Assembly (NCBI GenBank): GCA_023411645.1
Contig: JAEYON010000055.1
Span: 17,118 to 81,117, forward strand
From: Bacillota bacterium
Lineage (GTDB): Bacteria; Bacillota; Clostridia; Acetivibrionales; DTU013
Reading direction: 5' to 3'
DNA length: 64,000 nucleotides
Of the stretch, positions 49,501 to 57,567 are shown in pieces (position 1 is the first letter of the stretch; the number at the start of each line of letters is the position of its first letter). The position numbers and the translations under genes are program-made. Below the pieces are notes generated by a model, which saw nothing but the letters and a program-made list of their open reading frames with translations, was not told the DNA's origin and searched no databases.

Positions 49501-49751
49501 ATATGTTTGCAGCAGCCCCAGCCGTCATTGCCCACGGGACAGGTACAGTCGGCCTCCGAGAGCTTCCCTGCATGGTCAAACTTCAGGTGCTGTGTATATA
49601 GCTTGGATCCGAGCACGGTTGATGTAAAGGTGCGTTTTTCCTGATTGAACTGGACGGATTTGATCCTCCTGTTTCGAAAATACTCCTGCCCGGCATTATA
49701 TTCATTAATTGGTGTTTTAGCCAAAATGGATTCTTCTGTTAAATCAAACAT
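46521..49751 (-). CDS. SNF2-family helicase/translocase with an N-terminal SWIM zinc finger (B. subtilis YwqA-like)
   Basis: The ORF track starts at 49805. ATG 49751 has a GGGAG RBS. SWIM motif CTCPVGNDGWGCCKH. Helicase motifs DDMGLGKT, DEAQHIKN and QATDRSYRIGQ. Confidence 0.9.
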   Translation of the reverse strand: MFDLTEESILAKTPINEYNAGQEYFRNRRIKSVQFNQEKRTFTSTVLGSKLYTQHLKFDHAGKLSEADCTCPVGNDGWGCCKHMAAVLLLISEKDSQGFFRELRFRQAAKDIFNLFGDRQITVKSTVFLEPTFELAKADGTGRSMSPSLKLRIGQERLYIVKDIRRLLYYLENNLDLAFGKRFTYSPSRHEFKGTDLELINLLREIYESDKLVSSYIRGITNTGIFPDGKVCLTDSSLKRFLRIYENKPFRANILGNELDAVNIKNEDIPVNFLLSGEGQDLVLNIDFEGSLLPLTEDGEYFYSGNGIYHVSKQQSEYLKPFYMAMMYQKSRRLRFIEEDKQRFVSEILPFAEKAGKLVITEQVLSTIEKLPLEAEVYLDRDGSDITAEVRFVYGENIVNPFLAFNRPSTSTDKLLIREIRNEEAILDILAMANFKVKEGRVHLSGDEDIYDFVFRLVPLLQDYASVYYSESLKTLKLKTAVSFSAKFRLNTDSNMLEFSFDADGIDRSELPDIFLSIRQQKKFYQLKNGSFIKLDSSEFIKLNDFLEKLDVAPQQMAKEIIEMPRFRASYLDQNIRESGFNNIERNAAFKEFVQNIREPEDMAFPLPAGLKGSLRDYQKFGFKWLKTLDYYKLGGILADDMGLGKTLQIIALLLSAKEERASAPSLIIVPTSLVFNWCAELDKFSPGLKYTTIIGDRDERNNLIGQLDGFDVVITTYPLIRRDIEFYTAHHFQYCILDEAQHIKNPASRNARCVKLIKAETRYALTGTPMENNLYELWSVFDFVLPGYLHSYSHFNKKFVQSALDEDSHDTFNDLSRQIKPFILRRLKKDVLNELPEKIEHTMITELTEEQKKIYLAYLEGIRGEINKEILEAGFEKSRIRILAALTRLRQLCCHPSLFVENYTGGSGKMQLLEEIIQESVEGGHRILLFSQFTTMLQMIRKKLEAIKIPCLYLDGSTPVSDRGYLVNSFNEGLGKVFLISLKAGGTGLNLTGADTVIHYDPWWNPAVEDQATDRSYRIGQKKSVYVMKLVTKGTIEEKILALQEKKRSLIDAVIQPGETLLSKMTQEEIRSLFE

Positions 49752-49835
49752 GTAATACTCCCGAATTTGTATAATATAAAACCATATCCCTATATTATAC
49801 AACATTTCAGGTATTTTTTAATCAGAAAAATTGAA

Positions 49836-50576
49836 CTACTTTTTAGTTGCCATTAACCGAAGGAAAGTTATGTTTCTCCCATTATCAGCGTTAATATCTT
49901 TACCTCCGTCCGGATCAAGAATCCATGCAAAATCACGCCATATTTTTGAGCCTTCTTTATTTTCGAAAGCATCAATAATATTTATATCAATTGACTTTGC
50001 CTTTTCCCATAAATTGCGCCACCAGGCAGGGGAGTGGTAGGAATCAAAATCCGTATGCCAATATGGTTTTAGGTATTCCGGCGTTTCGGTTAATTCATTG
50101 AAAAATCCCGGGATTACAATGCCAATTTGCCCGCTTGGTTTGACAACGCGAGCTAAATGTTCATCAACGAAATTTTCATCCGTTCCGAAGGACCATATTG
50201 AATTAATGCTGACTACGGCGTCAAAAAACTCATCGGCAAATGGCATCTCTAAAGCATTGCCATGAATAGGGAATACGGAGTCCTGTACACCTGCTTCCTT
50301 AACGCGCTTCCAATTATCATTGGCTCCGATCCATAAATCATATGCCCAGACTTCGGCATCAAATTCTTTTGCCAGGAAAATTGAACTTATTGCTTTGCCG
50401 CACCCAAGGTCTAATATCCGCATACCGGGTTTTAAGTTCATGCTCTGGGATAGTAATTCGGTTAACCAAAGACAATGGGAGCCCATTTGATTGTCTATAA
50501 TCCAGTGAGGATCATACTTTGAAGACAAGGGATATAACGGGTTTTTCATCTTTTCAATACGAGTTGATAAATTCAT
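49836..50576 (-). CDS. Class-I SAM-dependent methyltransferase (small-molecule type)
   Basis: Motif I is ILDLGCGKA. No DPPY/NPPY or cytosine-5 PC motif is visible. The start is uncertain (50576 is preferred over 50636). Confidence 0.7.
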   Translation of the reverse strand: MNLSTRIEKMKNPLYPLSSKYDPHWIIDNQMGSHCLWLTELLSQSMNLKPGMRILDLGCGKAISSIFLAKEFDAEVWAYDLWIGANDNWKRVKEAGVQDSVFPIHGNALEMPFADEFFDAVVSINSIWSFGTDENFVDEHLARVVKPSGQIGIVIPGFFNELTETPEYLKPYWHTDFDSYHSPAWWRNLWEKAKSIDINIIDAFENKEGSKIWRDFAWILDPDGGKDINADNGRNITFLRLMATKK

Positions 50577-50809
50577 GGAATTCAACCTTTCTATTTTATA
50601 ATGACAGACGTTCCAATCAAATAGTAACTTCATCAATTTAGGGGTTTCCAGGGAATAAATGTCATTATATTACCACACCTAATGATATATATCAATAGGT
50701 AGCAGGCACTGGCTTGAGACTAGACGGATTACCGATTCACTGGTTTGCTTTGTTCATCATCCCCGCTGGCAATACGCAGAAGAATGTGCTGGAATACCGA
50801 CGGCACAGT

Positions 50810-53095
50810 CTATGGCTTCAGAAGCGGCGTCAGTTCGCCGGTGTGATAGATGTATAGCTTGTGAAGAGGGCGTGTCATGGCGACGTAAAGCAGCTTGATA
50901 TCCAGTTCATCATGTGTGTAACCGGTACTGTCTGCATTAAAGATCAGTACCGCGTCAAATTCAAGGCCTTTTGCAAGACAGGACGGTAACACCACAATAC
51001 CGCTTTTGTAGACCTCTTCTTTGCCGCTGATTAGCGTCACGCCTTCCACCTGCGTTGATATCAATGCATGTGCATCCTTGCACTCCTTCAATGTTTTGCA
51101 AATCACGGCGATGGATTTGTATGAGAGCTTTTGAAAATCCTTTATGTTTTTTGCTATTTCCCCGGCAATTTTCTGTTTGTCGGTCATTGCGATGACTTTC
51201 ACATCTTCACCATGACGGATGACCGGCCGTCCTTTATTGATCTCGCGGCTCTTGATCTTGTCCAGTACAATATTTGCCGCATTCATGATTTCGACAGTTG
51301 TACGGTAGCTTTGTTCCAGCGTCAGAAATTCATTTTTCCTGTCGCTGAATACATGCTCCGTGATCTCATTCCAGTCCCGGATGCCTCTGTAGGAATGTAT
51401 GCCTTGATTCAGGTCACCCAATATGGTAAAGGAGCTGTCCTTGATGATTCTTTTCATGACATAGATCTGGAAAGCACTGAAATCCTGGGCTTCGTCGATG
51501 ACCACATGCCTGACGGATATTTTTTCATCAATACCGTAGATACAATACTTTAGATAAATTATAGGCGCCAGATCCTCAATTTCCAAAAAGCCCGATTTAA
51601 GCGTATCTGCGGTATATTTACGGGCAAATTCGCATAAATCCATGGTAAGCCATGGGCGAACCGATAATTCGAACATTCCGCTGTCAAGGATAAAGTCCTT
51701 ATAATATTCATATGGACTTAATCTGGAGATCTTTTTAACATATTCAGAGATCGCTGTTTTACAAAGAGCTTCCAAATGCTCCAGATCATAATCGCGTTGA
51801 GTGATTGTTTGAGAAACCTGTCTCTGTCTTTCCTCCTCATCCGGTAAAACAGCCTTCAGAAGGGCAACCCGTTTGTCGCAGTCTTCATGCAGCTTGTTTA
51901 TCATTGTCTGCTTGCGAGCCTGAAGCCGGGTTTTCAGATTCTTCTTGATTTCATTGACTCTTCGGGCGATAGGCCACATTTTATACTGGTGTACGAATAG
52001 CTCGTTCAGCTCTTCATATTTGTAAATAAGCATCGAATTGACGATAAAATCTTCCTTCGGGATGAAATTCTCTTCAATATCTTTCAAATAAGTATCCAAA
52101 GCCTCCTTGAAATGCATAGAGGCTTTGAATTCCGAAGTTCTTCGGACGAGAGCCAGACGCTCTTTTTCTTCAGTACCTCTTGTATGATCCACAAAGGCCA
52201 GCAGCTTTTCGTTAGCATCGCGCAGCTTGAATTTCTTGCCGATAAGATCCTGGGCAAACTCTTCAAAGGTAGTTTGCCGAACCTTTTCAACTCCAAGCTC
52301 CGGTAGAACATCGGAGATATAATTAAGGAAAAGCTTATTTGGGGCAATGATCATAAAGTTTTCAGGATAGAAGGATTTTTCGTAGTTGTAAATCAGGTAA
52401 GCTATACGGTGAAGTGCAATGGTGGTCTTGCCGCTGCCTGCTGCACCCTGTACGATCAGAGGCCTCCACATATCTGCGCGGATTATGGCATTCTGCTCTG
52501 CCTGTATGGTAGTAACGATGTCTTTGAGCCTGTTGTCGGCATTTGCGCCCAAATTGCTCTGCAGGAACTCGTCATTGGTGGTAATATCGATGTCAAATAT
52601 GTCGTTTAGCTTGCCGTTATCAATGGAAAACTGTCTCTTCAGATCAAGCGTACCTTTAATTTTACCGTCAGGACAGTCATATGAAGCGTCCCCCAGACGC
52701 CCTTCATAATAGAGAGTAGCCACCGGCGCCCGCCAGTCTACAATGATCAGCTTCTGGTCTTCCTCCCGGATCAGTGACATTTTTCCGATGTAGAGCCTTT
52801 CAGGTTCTTTCTTTCCTTTTTCCAGAAAATCGATCCGTGCGAAGTAAGGCTTGCTTTTGGCTGCTAAAAGGTTTCTCAGCTTCAAGTCCATATGTCCCTG
52901 CAGCAGGTTGTTGACGATGATATCAATGTAATCCTGGCTGTTCTCGGCGTTGAAGTGTTTTCTGACCTTTTCAAGATCACTGTCGACACGACCCTTTTTT
53001 ACTGCAAAGATTTCAAGGCTTTTTTCGACATATCCCAGAGTGTACCGGCACCTGTCCAGTTCTTCCCTGTAACTAGGATGATTTGTTGCAGGCAT
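50810..53095 (-). CDS. helD: HelD (helicase IV-like UvrD/Rep superfamily-1 ATPase, RNA-polymerase recycling factor)
   Basis: 761 aa. N-terminal PYFARIDF...LYIGK...DWRAPVATLYY blocks are characteristic of HelD. Walker A GAAGSGKTT and VIDEAQDFS. Confidence 0.85.
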   Translation of the reverse strand: MPATNHPSYREELDRCRYTLGYVEKSLEIFAVKKGRVDSDLEKVRKHFNAENSQDYIDIIVNNLLQGHMDLKLRNLLAAKSKPYFARIDFLEKGKKEPERLYIGKMSLIREEDQKLIIVDWRAPVATLYYEGRLGDASYDCPDGKIKGTLDLKRQFSIDNGKLNDIFDIDITTNDEFLQSNLGANADNRLKDIVTTIQAEQNAIIRADMWRPLIVQGAAGSGKTTIALHRIAYLIYNYEKSFYPENFMIIAPNKLFLNYISDVLPELGVEKVRQTTFEEFAQDLIGKKFKLRDANEKLLAFVDHTRGTEEKERLALVRRTSEFKASMHFKEALDTYLKDIEENFIPKEDFIVNSMLIYKYEELNELFVHQYKMWPIARRVNEIKKNLKTRLQARKQTMINKLHEDCDKRVALLKAVLPDEEERQRQVSQTITQRDYDLEHLEALCKTAISEYVKKISRLSPYEYYKDFILDSGMFELSVRPWLTMDLCEFARKYTADTLKSGFLEIEDLAPIIYLKYCIYGIDEKISVRHVVIDEAQDFSAFQIYVMKRIIKDSSFTILGDLNQGIHSYRGIRDWNEITEHVFSDRKNEFLTLEQSYRTTVEIMNAANIVLDKIKSREINKGRPVIRHGEDVKVIAMTDKQKIAGEIAKNIKDFQKLSYKSIAVICKTLKECKDAHALISTQVEGVTLISGKEEVYKSGIVVLPSCLAKGLEFDAVLIFNADSTGYTHDELDIKLLYVAMTRPLHKLYIYHTGELTPLLKP

Positions 53096-53235
53096 TTGAT
53101 TAGCACCTCCTTCATCTTTTAAAACGCGGACTTATATTTTACTGCAACTGCATAAAAAAAGGAAGAGGCATTTTAGCGGGTTTTTGTTTTTGTTATCCTC
53201 CGCACCGCATATATCAAAATGTAAAGAACATCGAT

Positions 53236-54978
53236 TTATGAATACTTGATGTTAAAGATACGTATGACCCCGATTGTATCATTGATAGAGCAATGATATC
53301 GAGTGACTTCTCTTGAAAGAAAGACAATGTCGTATATATCGCTTTTAGTATATTTCGTATGCGAAAAATCCATTACCTTTAGTTCAATCGTGGAATTGCG
53401 CTTTTCAATTCCATCCTGTACAGCTTTACTGAAGGCGGTTTTGTCTCTTGCCACCATGTTGTACTTTGTGAAATAACTGTTTTCAGTACTTGTACAGGCC
53501 GGATATGCTGCTTTGTCCCAATCGCAGTATAGCATCATTTCACTGTCGGGCAGATTGAAATAGTCGTGTATTAACATATTAGTACCGTCGTCCATTACTG
53601 GATCGTCATATGTAGTATCCAGATGGCAATACTCGCCGTCGATTTTTACAATGTTCCATGCATGGCCTTCCTGTACGCCGCGGGATATAGAAGTACCAGT
53701 AACAATGATACACTCGATGCCTGACAGGTCACACATCAGCTTCATGGCCCGTGAATAGCCTTCGCATACAGCAACACCCAGAACAAGAGCGCCATATTCC
53801 TCAAATGAGGAATCCGGTATGGTATTCTTTTTATAGTTCTCAATGTCATACTTAGCATTATTGACGATATAATCGTGCAGTACCAATTCCTTTTCAAAGT
53901 CTCCCATGCCGGATGTGATCAGGTTGGCAACAACATGTCTGGCCTTATTTAGTGCTGTGCGCACATTATCAAGTCTCTTTTTAAACTCTTCTTTAGAGTA
54001 TTTATATTCGAAGGTCAGAGTCATGCGACTACTGCTTGCGGAATATTTTAATCTGGAAGAGTAGGATCTTACACCTGTAAAGTCCTCTGCAGAGGTTCTT
54101 GCCCTTTCATAGACGCCGCTGAAATCATCTCTATAGCTTCCGCTGTAATTTTTGATATCAAGCGTAAGGGAATCTTCGAAATTACATAGGCCATAGCGGA
54201 TTACCTTATAAAAATCCTCGCTGTTCTTGACCTCGATGCCATAAGCGGTTTTTGGAAGAGTGAGCGAAGATATATTAGAATATTCCTTTTTAACGTCTGA
54301 GGTATAAAGACCAAGGGCAGTAGCCGCAGGCTTATAAATTGCCTTATCGGTGTCGGTCAGCTTGTCCAGCAGCGTGACGGAAGATCCTTTCAAGTTGGCG
54401 GATAATGCATTATGGGAAATAGAGAACATATCGCCCCTTAAAAAAGCAGCAGGGCTCTTTAATGTAACGGCCTCGGCTGACGAGACAATGCCCAGCGCAA
54501 GCGCTTTGTCAATAGCCTGATTATAATTGAAATCCACTCCGTCCTGGTATCCGAGGGAGCGCAATACAAAGGTAACATATTGTGCGGCGTTGAGCTTCTG
54601 GTCGGAACCGAAAAGAGAATTGCCGATACCTATTGTAAGCTTATTCTCATACATATAGCCGATATACTTATCCGCCCAAGATGGCACATCTGTAAAAGGA
54701 TGCTGATATGTACCCCTAAGTACCTGCGCTTCTTTTCCCAGAAGTCTGATGAGCATAACAGCCCCTTCAGTTCTGGTGGGCGCCCGGTTCAGTTGAAAAT
54801 TATCCGGCGTGTTTGCAACAAGGCCTAGGATCTTCAGATCGATAGCATTTTCATAGCTTTTTGAAGAGGTCGACGGCCTTGTGGAAAAGTCTGCGGCATT
54901 CGCGTGCAACGGCACGATCGATACTGCAGCAGCCAGGATCAGGATATATGCAAAGCATTTTAACAAATTTCTTCTCAT
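53236..54978 (-). CDS. Secreted SLH-domain protein with a C-terminal transglutaminase-like cysteine-protease core
   Basis: 580 aa. Signal peptide (..PLHANA/AD), SLH-like repeats (FTDVPSWADKYIGYMYENKL..), and a Cys-His-Asp core (VCEGYS ... GHAWNIV ... HLDTTYDD). Confidence 0.8.
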   Translation of the reverse strand: MRRNLLKCFAYILILAAAVSIVPLHANAADFSTRPSTSSKSYENAIDLKILGLVANTPDNFQLNRAPTRTEGAVMLIRLLGKEAQVLRGTYQHPFTDVPSWADKYIGYMYENKLTIGIGNSLFGSDQKLNAAQYVTFVLRSLGYQDGVDFNYNQAIDKALALGIVSSAEAVTLKSPAAFLRGDMFSISHNALSANLKGSSVTLLDKLTDTDKAIYKPAATALGLYTSDVKKEYSNISSLTLPKTAYGIEVKNSEDFYKVIRYGLCNFEDSLTLDIKNYSGSYRDDFSGVYERARTSAEDFTGVRSYSSRLKYSASSSRMTLTFEYKYSKEEFKKRLDNVRTALNKARHVVANLITSGMGDFEKELVLHDYIVNNAKYDIENYKKNTIPDSSFEEYGALVLGVAVCEGYSRAMKLMCDLSGIECIIVTGTSISRGVQEGHAWNIVKIDGEYCHLDTTYDDPVMDDGTNMLIHDYFNLPDSEMMLYCDWDKAAYPACTSTENSYFTKYNMVARDKTAFSKAVQDGIEKRNSTIELKVMDFSHTKYTKSDIYDIVFLSREVTRYHCSINDTIGVIRIFNIKYS

Positions 54979-55123
54979 ATTGTGTTACCTTATTTATTAA
55001 AAATTCTTTTTGCCTTTATTTTAATGATTCGTAAGAGGTATTAATATTTATAGGGTAATAGCGCAAACAGGTATTATTACGACCAAATCTCATCAGCGGA
55101 GTTTACTACGATGACCGGTTGCA

Positions 55124-55164
55124 GTCTCTGCCCGCCGCGCGCCTTCGCATCCTGGGCAGGGGAC
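55124..55164 (-). promoter_or_regulatory. GC-rich imperfect hairpin in the long 5' leader of the SLH-transglutaminase gene
   Basis: Minus strand GTC-CC-CTGCCC, 20 nt containing TGCG-AAGG-CGCG, then GGGCAG-A-GAC. It lies ~150 nt upstream of ATG 54978. A possible TTGAAA-16-TAAAAT promoter sits at 55217-55190. Confidence 0.4.
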
Positions 55165-55270
55165 ATTTTGTTGCCTAGCTATATCTCTTATTTTATCATG
55201 ATTGCAAATATTTTCAACAAACGAAAAGAAAATGAAATAAAAGAGAAATATGATGAAAGGTACTCAAGAC

Positions 55271-55316
55271 AAAAGGGACTTCTCCATCAGCCAGAATAAT
55301 GGCTGCGGGAGGTCCC
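55271..55316 (-). terminator. Compound stem-loop + T-tract after tiny ORF 1
   Basis: Minus strand GGGAC-CTCC-cg-CAGCC-attattct-GGCTG-at-GGAG-aa-GTCCC, followed by TTTTGTCTT. Confidence 0.5.
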
Positions 55317-55347
55317 CCCTTCTTCGCGGGCAATTTACAGTCAGTCC

Positions 55348-55491
55348 TTATTCCTTATAATATCCGTCTGATTCTCCTCTGAATATTGCCGGGAAGATCA
55401 GAAGTATCACTATGATAATGATAATGATCCAGATCCAGCTTCCTCCACCGCATCCTAAGCCAAAAAGTCCACCTCTCTCATTCTCTTCCAT
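55348..55491 (-). CDS. Tiny hydrophobic membrane peptide, 47 aa (YjcZ / tiny-TM-like); not in the ORF track
   Basis: Hand translation: MEENERGGLFGLGCGGGSWIWIIIIIIVILLIFPAIFRGESDGYYKE. AAGGAG lies 9 nt upstream of the ATG. Confidence 0.5.
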   Translation of the reverse strand: MEENERGGLFGLGCGGGSWIWIIIIIIVILLIFPAIFRGESDGYYKE

Positions 55492-55611
55492 ATAAAACAA
55501 CTCCTTTCATATAATCAATTCATTATCAAACTCCATCAGGTGAGACCATTAAAAGCTGTCAAGGCCCCGCCTCTTTTATATCATATTCATATCTGTATTT
55601 TTGTGTTACCC

Positions 55612-55639
55612 AAAAAGCGAAACCACCCAATAAGGGTGG
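55612..55639 (-). terminator. Rho-independent terminator after tiny ORF 2
   Basis: Minus strand CCACCC, 5 nt, GGGTGG, followed by TTTCGCTTTTT. Confidence 0.55.
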
Positions 55640-55688
55640 CTTCCTTTGATCTCATGTAATGCAACCGGCTTTTTCTTTTTTGTCGCTC

Positions 55689-55790
55689 CTAGCAGCAGAC
55701 ATCTCTATCAAAGAACAGCAGCAGGAACAGAATAATAAAGAACAAAATAGCGCAATTGTCACCCAGGAAATTACCGCCTCTTTCTGCCAT
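55689..55790 (-). CDS. Tiny hydrophobic membrane peptide, 33 aa, paralogous N-terminus to the 47-aa peptide; not in the ORF track
   Basis: Hand translation: MAERGGNFLGDNCAILFFIILFLLLFFDRDVCC. AGGAGG lies 8 nt upstream of the ATG. It shares the ERGG-x-F-x-G start with ORF 55348-55491. Confidence 0.45.
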   Translation of the reverse strand: MAERGGNFLGDNCAILFFIILFLLLFFDRDVCC

Positions 55791-56178
55791 TACGGAGTCC
55801 TCCTTTCGACCAAAGAGTTAACATAAATTTTTCAGTACTACTTCAATTTATTCTTCCTTCGTATAAAGTGTTACAGTTTAGACAGATTCTAAAGCCGGAC
55901 CTTCGCATCGTGTCTTCCCTGACAATACCATTATATTAACGCTGTGGTCAGTAGGTGACTGTAAAGAAAAAAGGATATCCTGTCTGTTATCTACCTCACC
56001 AGGGACATTCTGTCTTTAACTGCAGGAATAGGCCCCTATGTTTTTAACCATATAAAGAATTACGTCAAAAAATCTGAAAAAGAGCTTCTCGGCAGGTATT
56101 CAAGCGATTAAAGCCGGAGAAGGCTGTCTGAATTCTAAATAAAACAATAGAAAATAGAAATTATTAGCAGATTAGGAA

Positions 56179-56207
56179 TTGACAGGTGGAGTAATATCCC
56201 ATATAAT
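56179..56207 (+). promoter_or_regulatory. Consensus sigma-70-type promoter of the Tad/Flp operon
   Basis: TTGACA, 17 nt, TATAAT, ~80 nt upstream of the TTG start at 56287 (RBS GAGGGGGGA). Confidence 0.55.
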
Positions 56208-56286
56208 TGTAAGCAAATCCAAAATATTACAGTATGTTGTCGGCTTTTCGAAAAAATTCCGGCAGTTTAGTTGAGGGGGGAGCGTT

Positions 56287-57567
56287 TTGGGAAGGCTTAG
56301 CTTGATTATTGGGGATAATGACACGGAATATCTGGAAAATTTTGAAAAATTTCTGTTAATCAATTATCCTCAGCGCTTTGAATTGTTTACTTTCTTTTCC
56401 GCTGATAAACTCTCTGACTTTTTGACTCATGTGAAGAGTGCTGACATTTTGCTCCTCAGCGACCATATATTAGAAAGCGGAATAAACACCACTAAGGCAA
56501 AGCTTGTACTGCTGCTCACAGAGAATAACACAGTTGGAACGCCGAGGGGCGAAAGACTGTCCGCAGGGAGCGGAGGGCAACCTGATAAGGATGCGAGGCA
56601 AACAGATGGGAGCGGAAGGAAGCCTGCCGCAGTATCGGAAGGTATTGGAACAGTGTATAGGTATCAGCATATGGATAAGCTGGTATCAGAAATCCTTAGG
56701 CTATTTTCTGATAAGAGCAATAAAAATGCTTCTGTCTCCGGGTATGGAAGCACTCGTATCGTCGGCGTTTATTCGCCCTCGGGAGGCGCCGGAAGCAGCA
56801 GTATTGCAGCCGGAAGCAGTATTTTGTGCGCAGGGAAGGGAATCAAATCCTTTTATCTGAATATGGAGGCAATTCCGTCCACAGACCTGTTCTTTCGCGG
56901 GGAATGTTCGCAAACCTTTTCTAACGTAATCTACTATTTGAAGGGGAATTACAGCAACCTTCAGCTCCGATTGGAGGGCGCAAAATGTATCGATACAAAA
57001 TCAGGCGTTCATTATTTTAGACCTCCGGAGAATATTTGTGAGTTTAATGAGCTGACAGATCAGGATGTTGCCACTCTGATAAGCGAGCTTAAAAGAAGCG
57101 CTTTTTACCGTTATATATTTGTTGACATGTCTGCAGGACTCAACAGTGTCAATTCAACCATTTTACAGCTGGCTGATTGCGTTTTACTGGTGTTTGCACC
57201 TGATCGGCGAACAATGATGAAATTCACGAATCTGAAGGCAGGACTGGATTTATTGGAGTCCAAAGGCGGAACGGGGTTGATGGACCGGGTCATCCCGGTA
57301 TTAAACCGAGCAAACGCGAAAAACGGGCATTTTAAGCAGCAAATAACTTGGCCGGGGGTAAGGCCGCTGACACAGATCGTTGATTACTCATTGCCGAATG
57401 TAGTAGATTCGGATATCTGTGCTGATTCTGCCGTACATGTTGATTCTGCTGTCGCACCGGTCGAAAGTAAATCGTTCCTTACAGCACTGAACCGCATACT
57501 GGAAAACCTTTCATCCTGTTCGACAACCGAGGCGACACAACGCAGCGGGGGTGAACATATTGCCTGA
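56287..57567 (+). CDS. CpaE/TadZ-like pilus-localisation protein: atypical receiver domain + ParA/MinD-like domain with a lysine-less Walker A
   Basis: 426 aa. REC-like N-terminus (LSLIIGDND...ADILLLSD), a Gly/Arg-rich insert, then VGVYSPSGGAGSSS where KGGxGK[ST] is expected. First gene of the Tad operon. Confidence 0.6.
   Translation: MGRLSLIIGDNDTEYLENFEKFLLINYPQRFELFTFFSADKLSDFLTHVKSADILLLSDHILESGINTTKAKLVLLLTENNTVGTPRGERLSAGSGGQPDKDARQTDGSGRKPAAVSEGIGTVYRYQHMDKLVSEILRLFSDKSNKNASVSGYGSTRIVGVYSPSGGAGSSSIAAGSSILCAGKGIKSFYLNMEAIPSTDLFFRGECSQTFSNVIYYLKGNYSNLQLRLEGAKCIDTKSGVHYFRPPENICEFNELTDQDVATLISELKRSAFYRYIFVDMSAGLNSVNSTILQLADCVLLVFAPDRRTMMKFTNLKAGLDLLESKGGTGLMDRVIPVLNRANAKNGHFKQQITWPGVRPLTQIVDYSLPNVVDSDICADSAVHVDSAVAPVESKSFLTALNRILENLSSCSTTEATQRSGGEHIA

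Noticed and set aside
46521-53095. SNF2 helicase + methyltransferase + UvrD-like helicase as a DISARM/BREX-like or other restriction-type defence system
   Set aside because: - The methyltransferase is a small class-I SAM enzyme with no DNA-MTase motif IV (DPPY/NPPY or PC) visible.
- The SNF2 protein has the SWIM + SNF2-associated architecture of housekeeping YwqA-type proteins.
- The UvrD-like protein has the diagnostic HelD N-terminal blocks.
- No DrmA/DrmB (DUF1998), PLD nuclease, PglX/PglZ or restriction endonuclease is nearby.

I kept it only as a synteny curiosity.
55111-55299. 62-aa plus-strand ORF in the transglutaminase/tiny-ORF intergenic region
   Set aside because: It has no RBS and a low-complexity Lys/Glu tail. 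It is antisense to the predicted leader and terminator structures of the minus-strand genes.
55800-56178. c-di-GMP (GEMM-I-like) riboswitch between the tiny ORFs and the Tad promoter, prompted by TAAAGCCGGA words (about 55889 and 56108) and a GATGCGAAGG 10-mer shared with the leader at about 55141-55151
   Set aside because: Only short word matches to the ACGCAAAGCC/CCGG core are present. I could not draw the paired P1/P2 hairpins or a GNRA tetraloop/receptor. A single shared 10-mer within ~1 kb is close to chance expectation.
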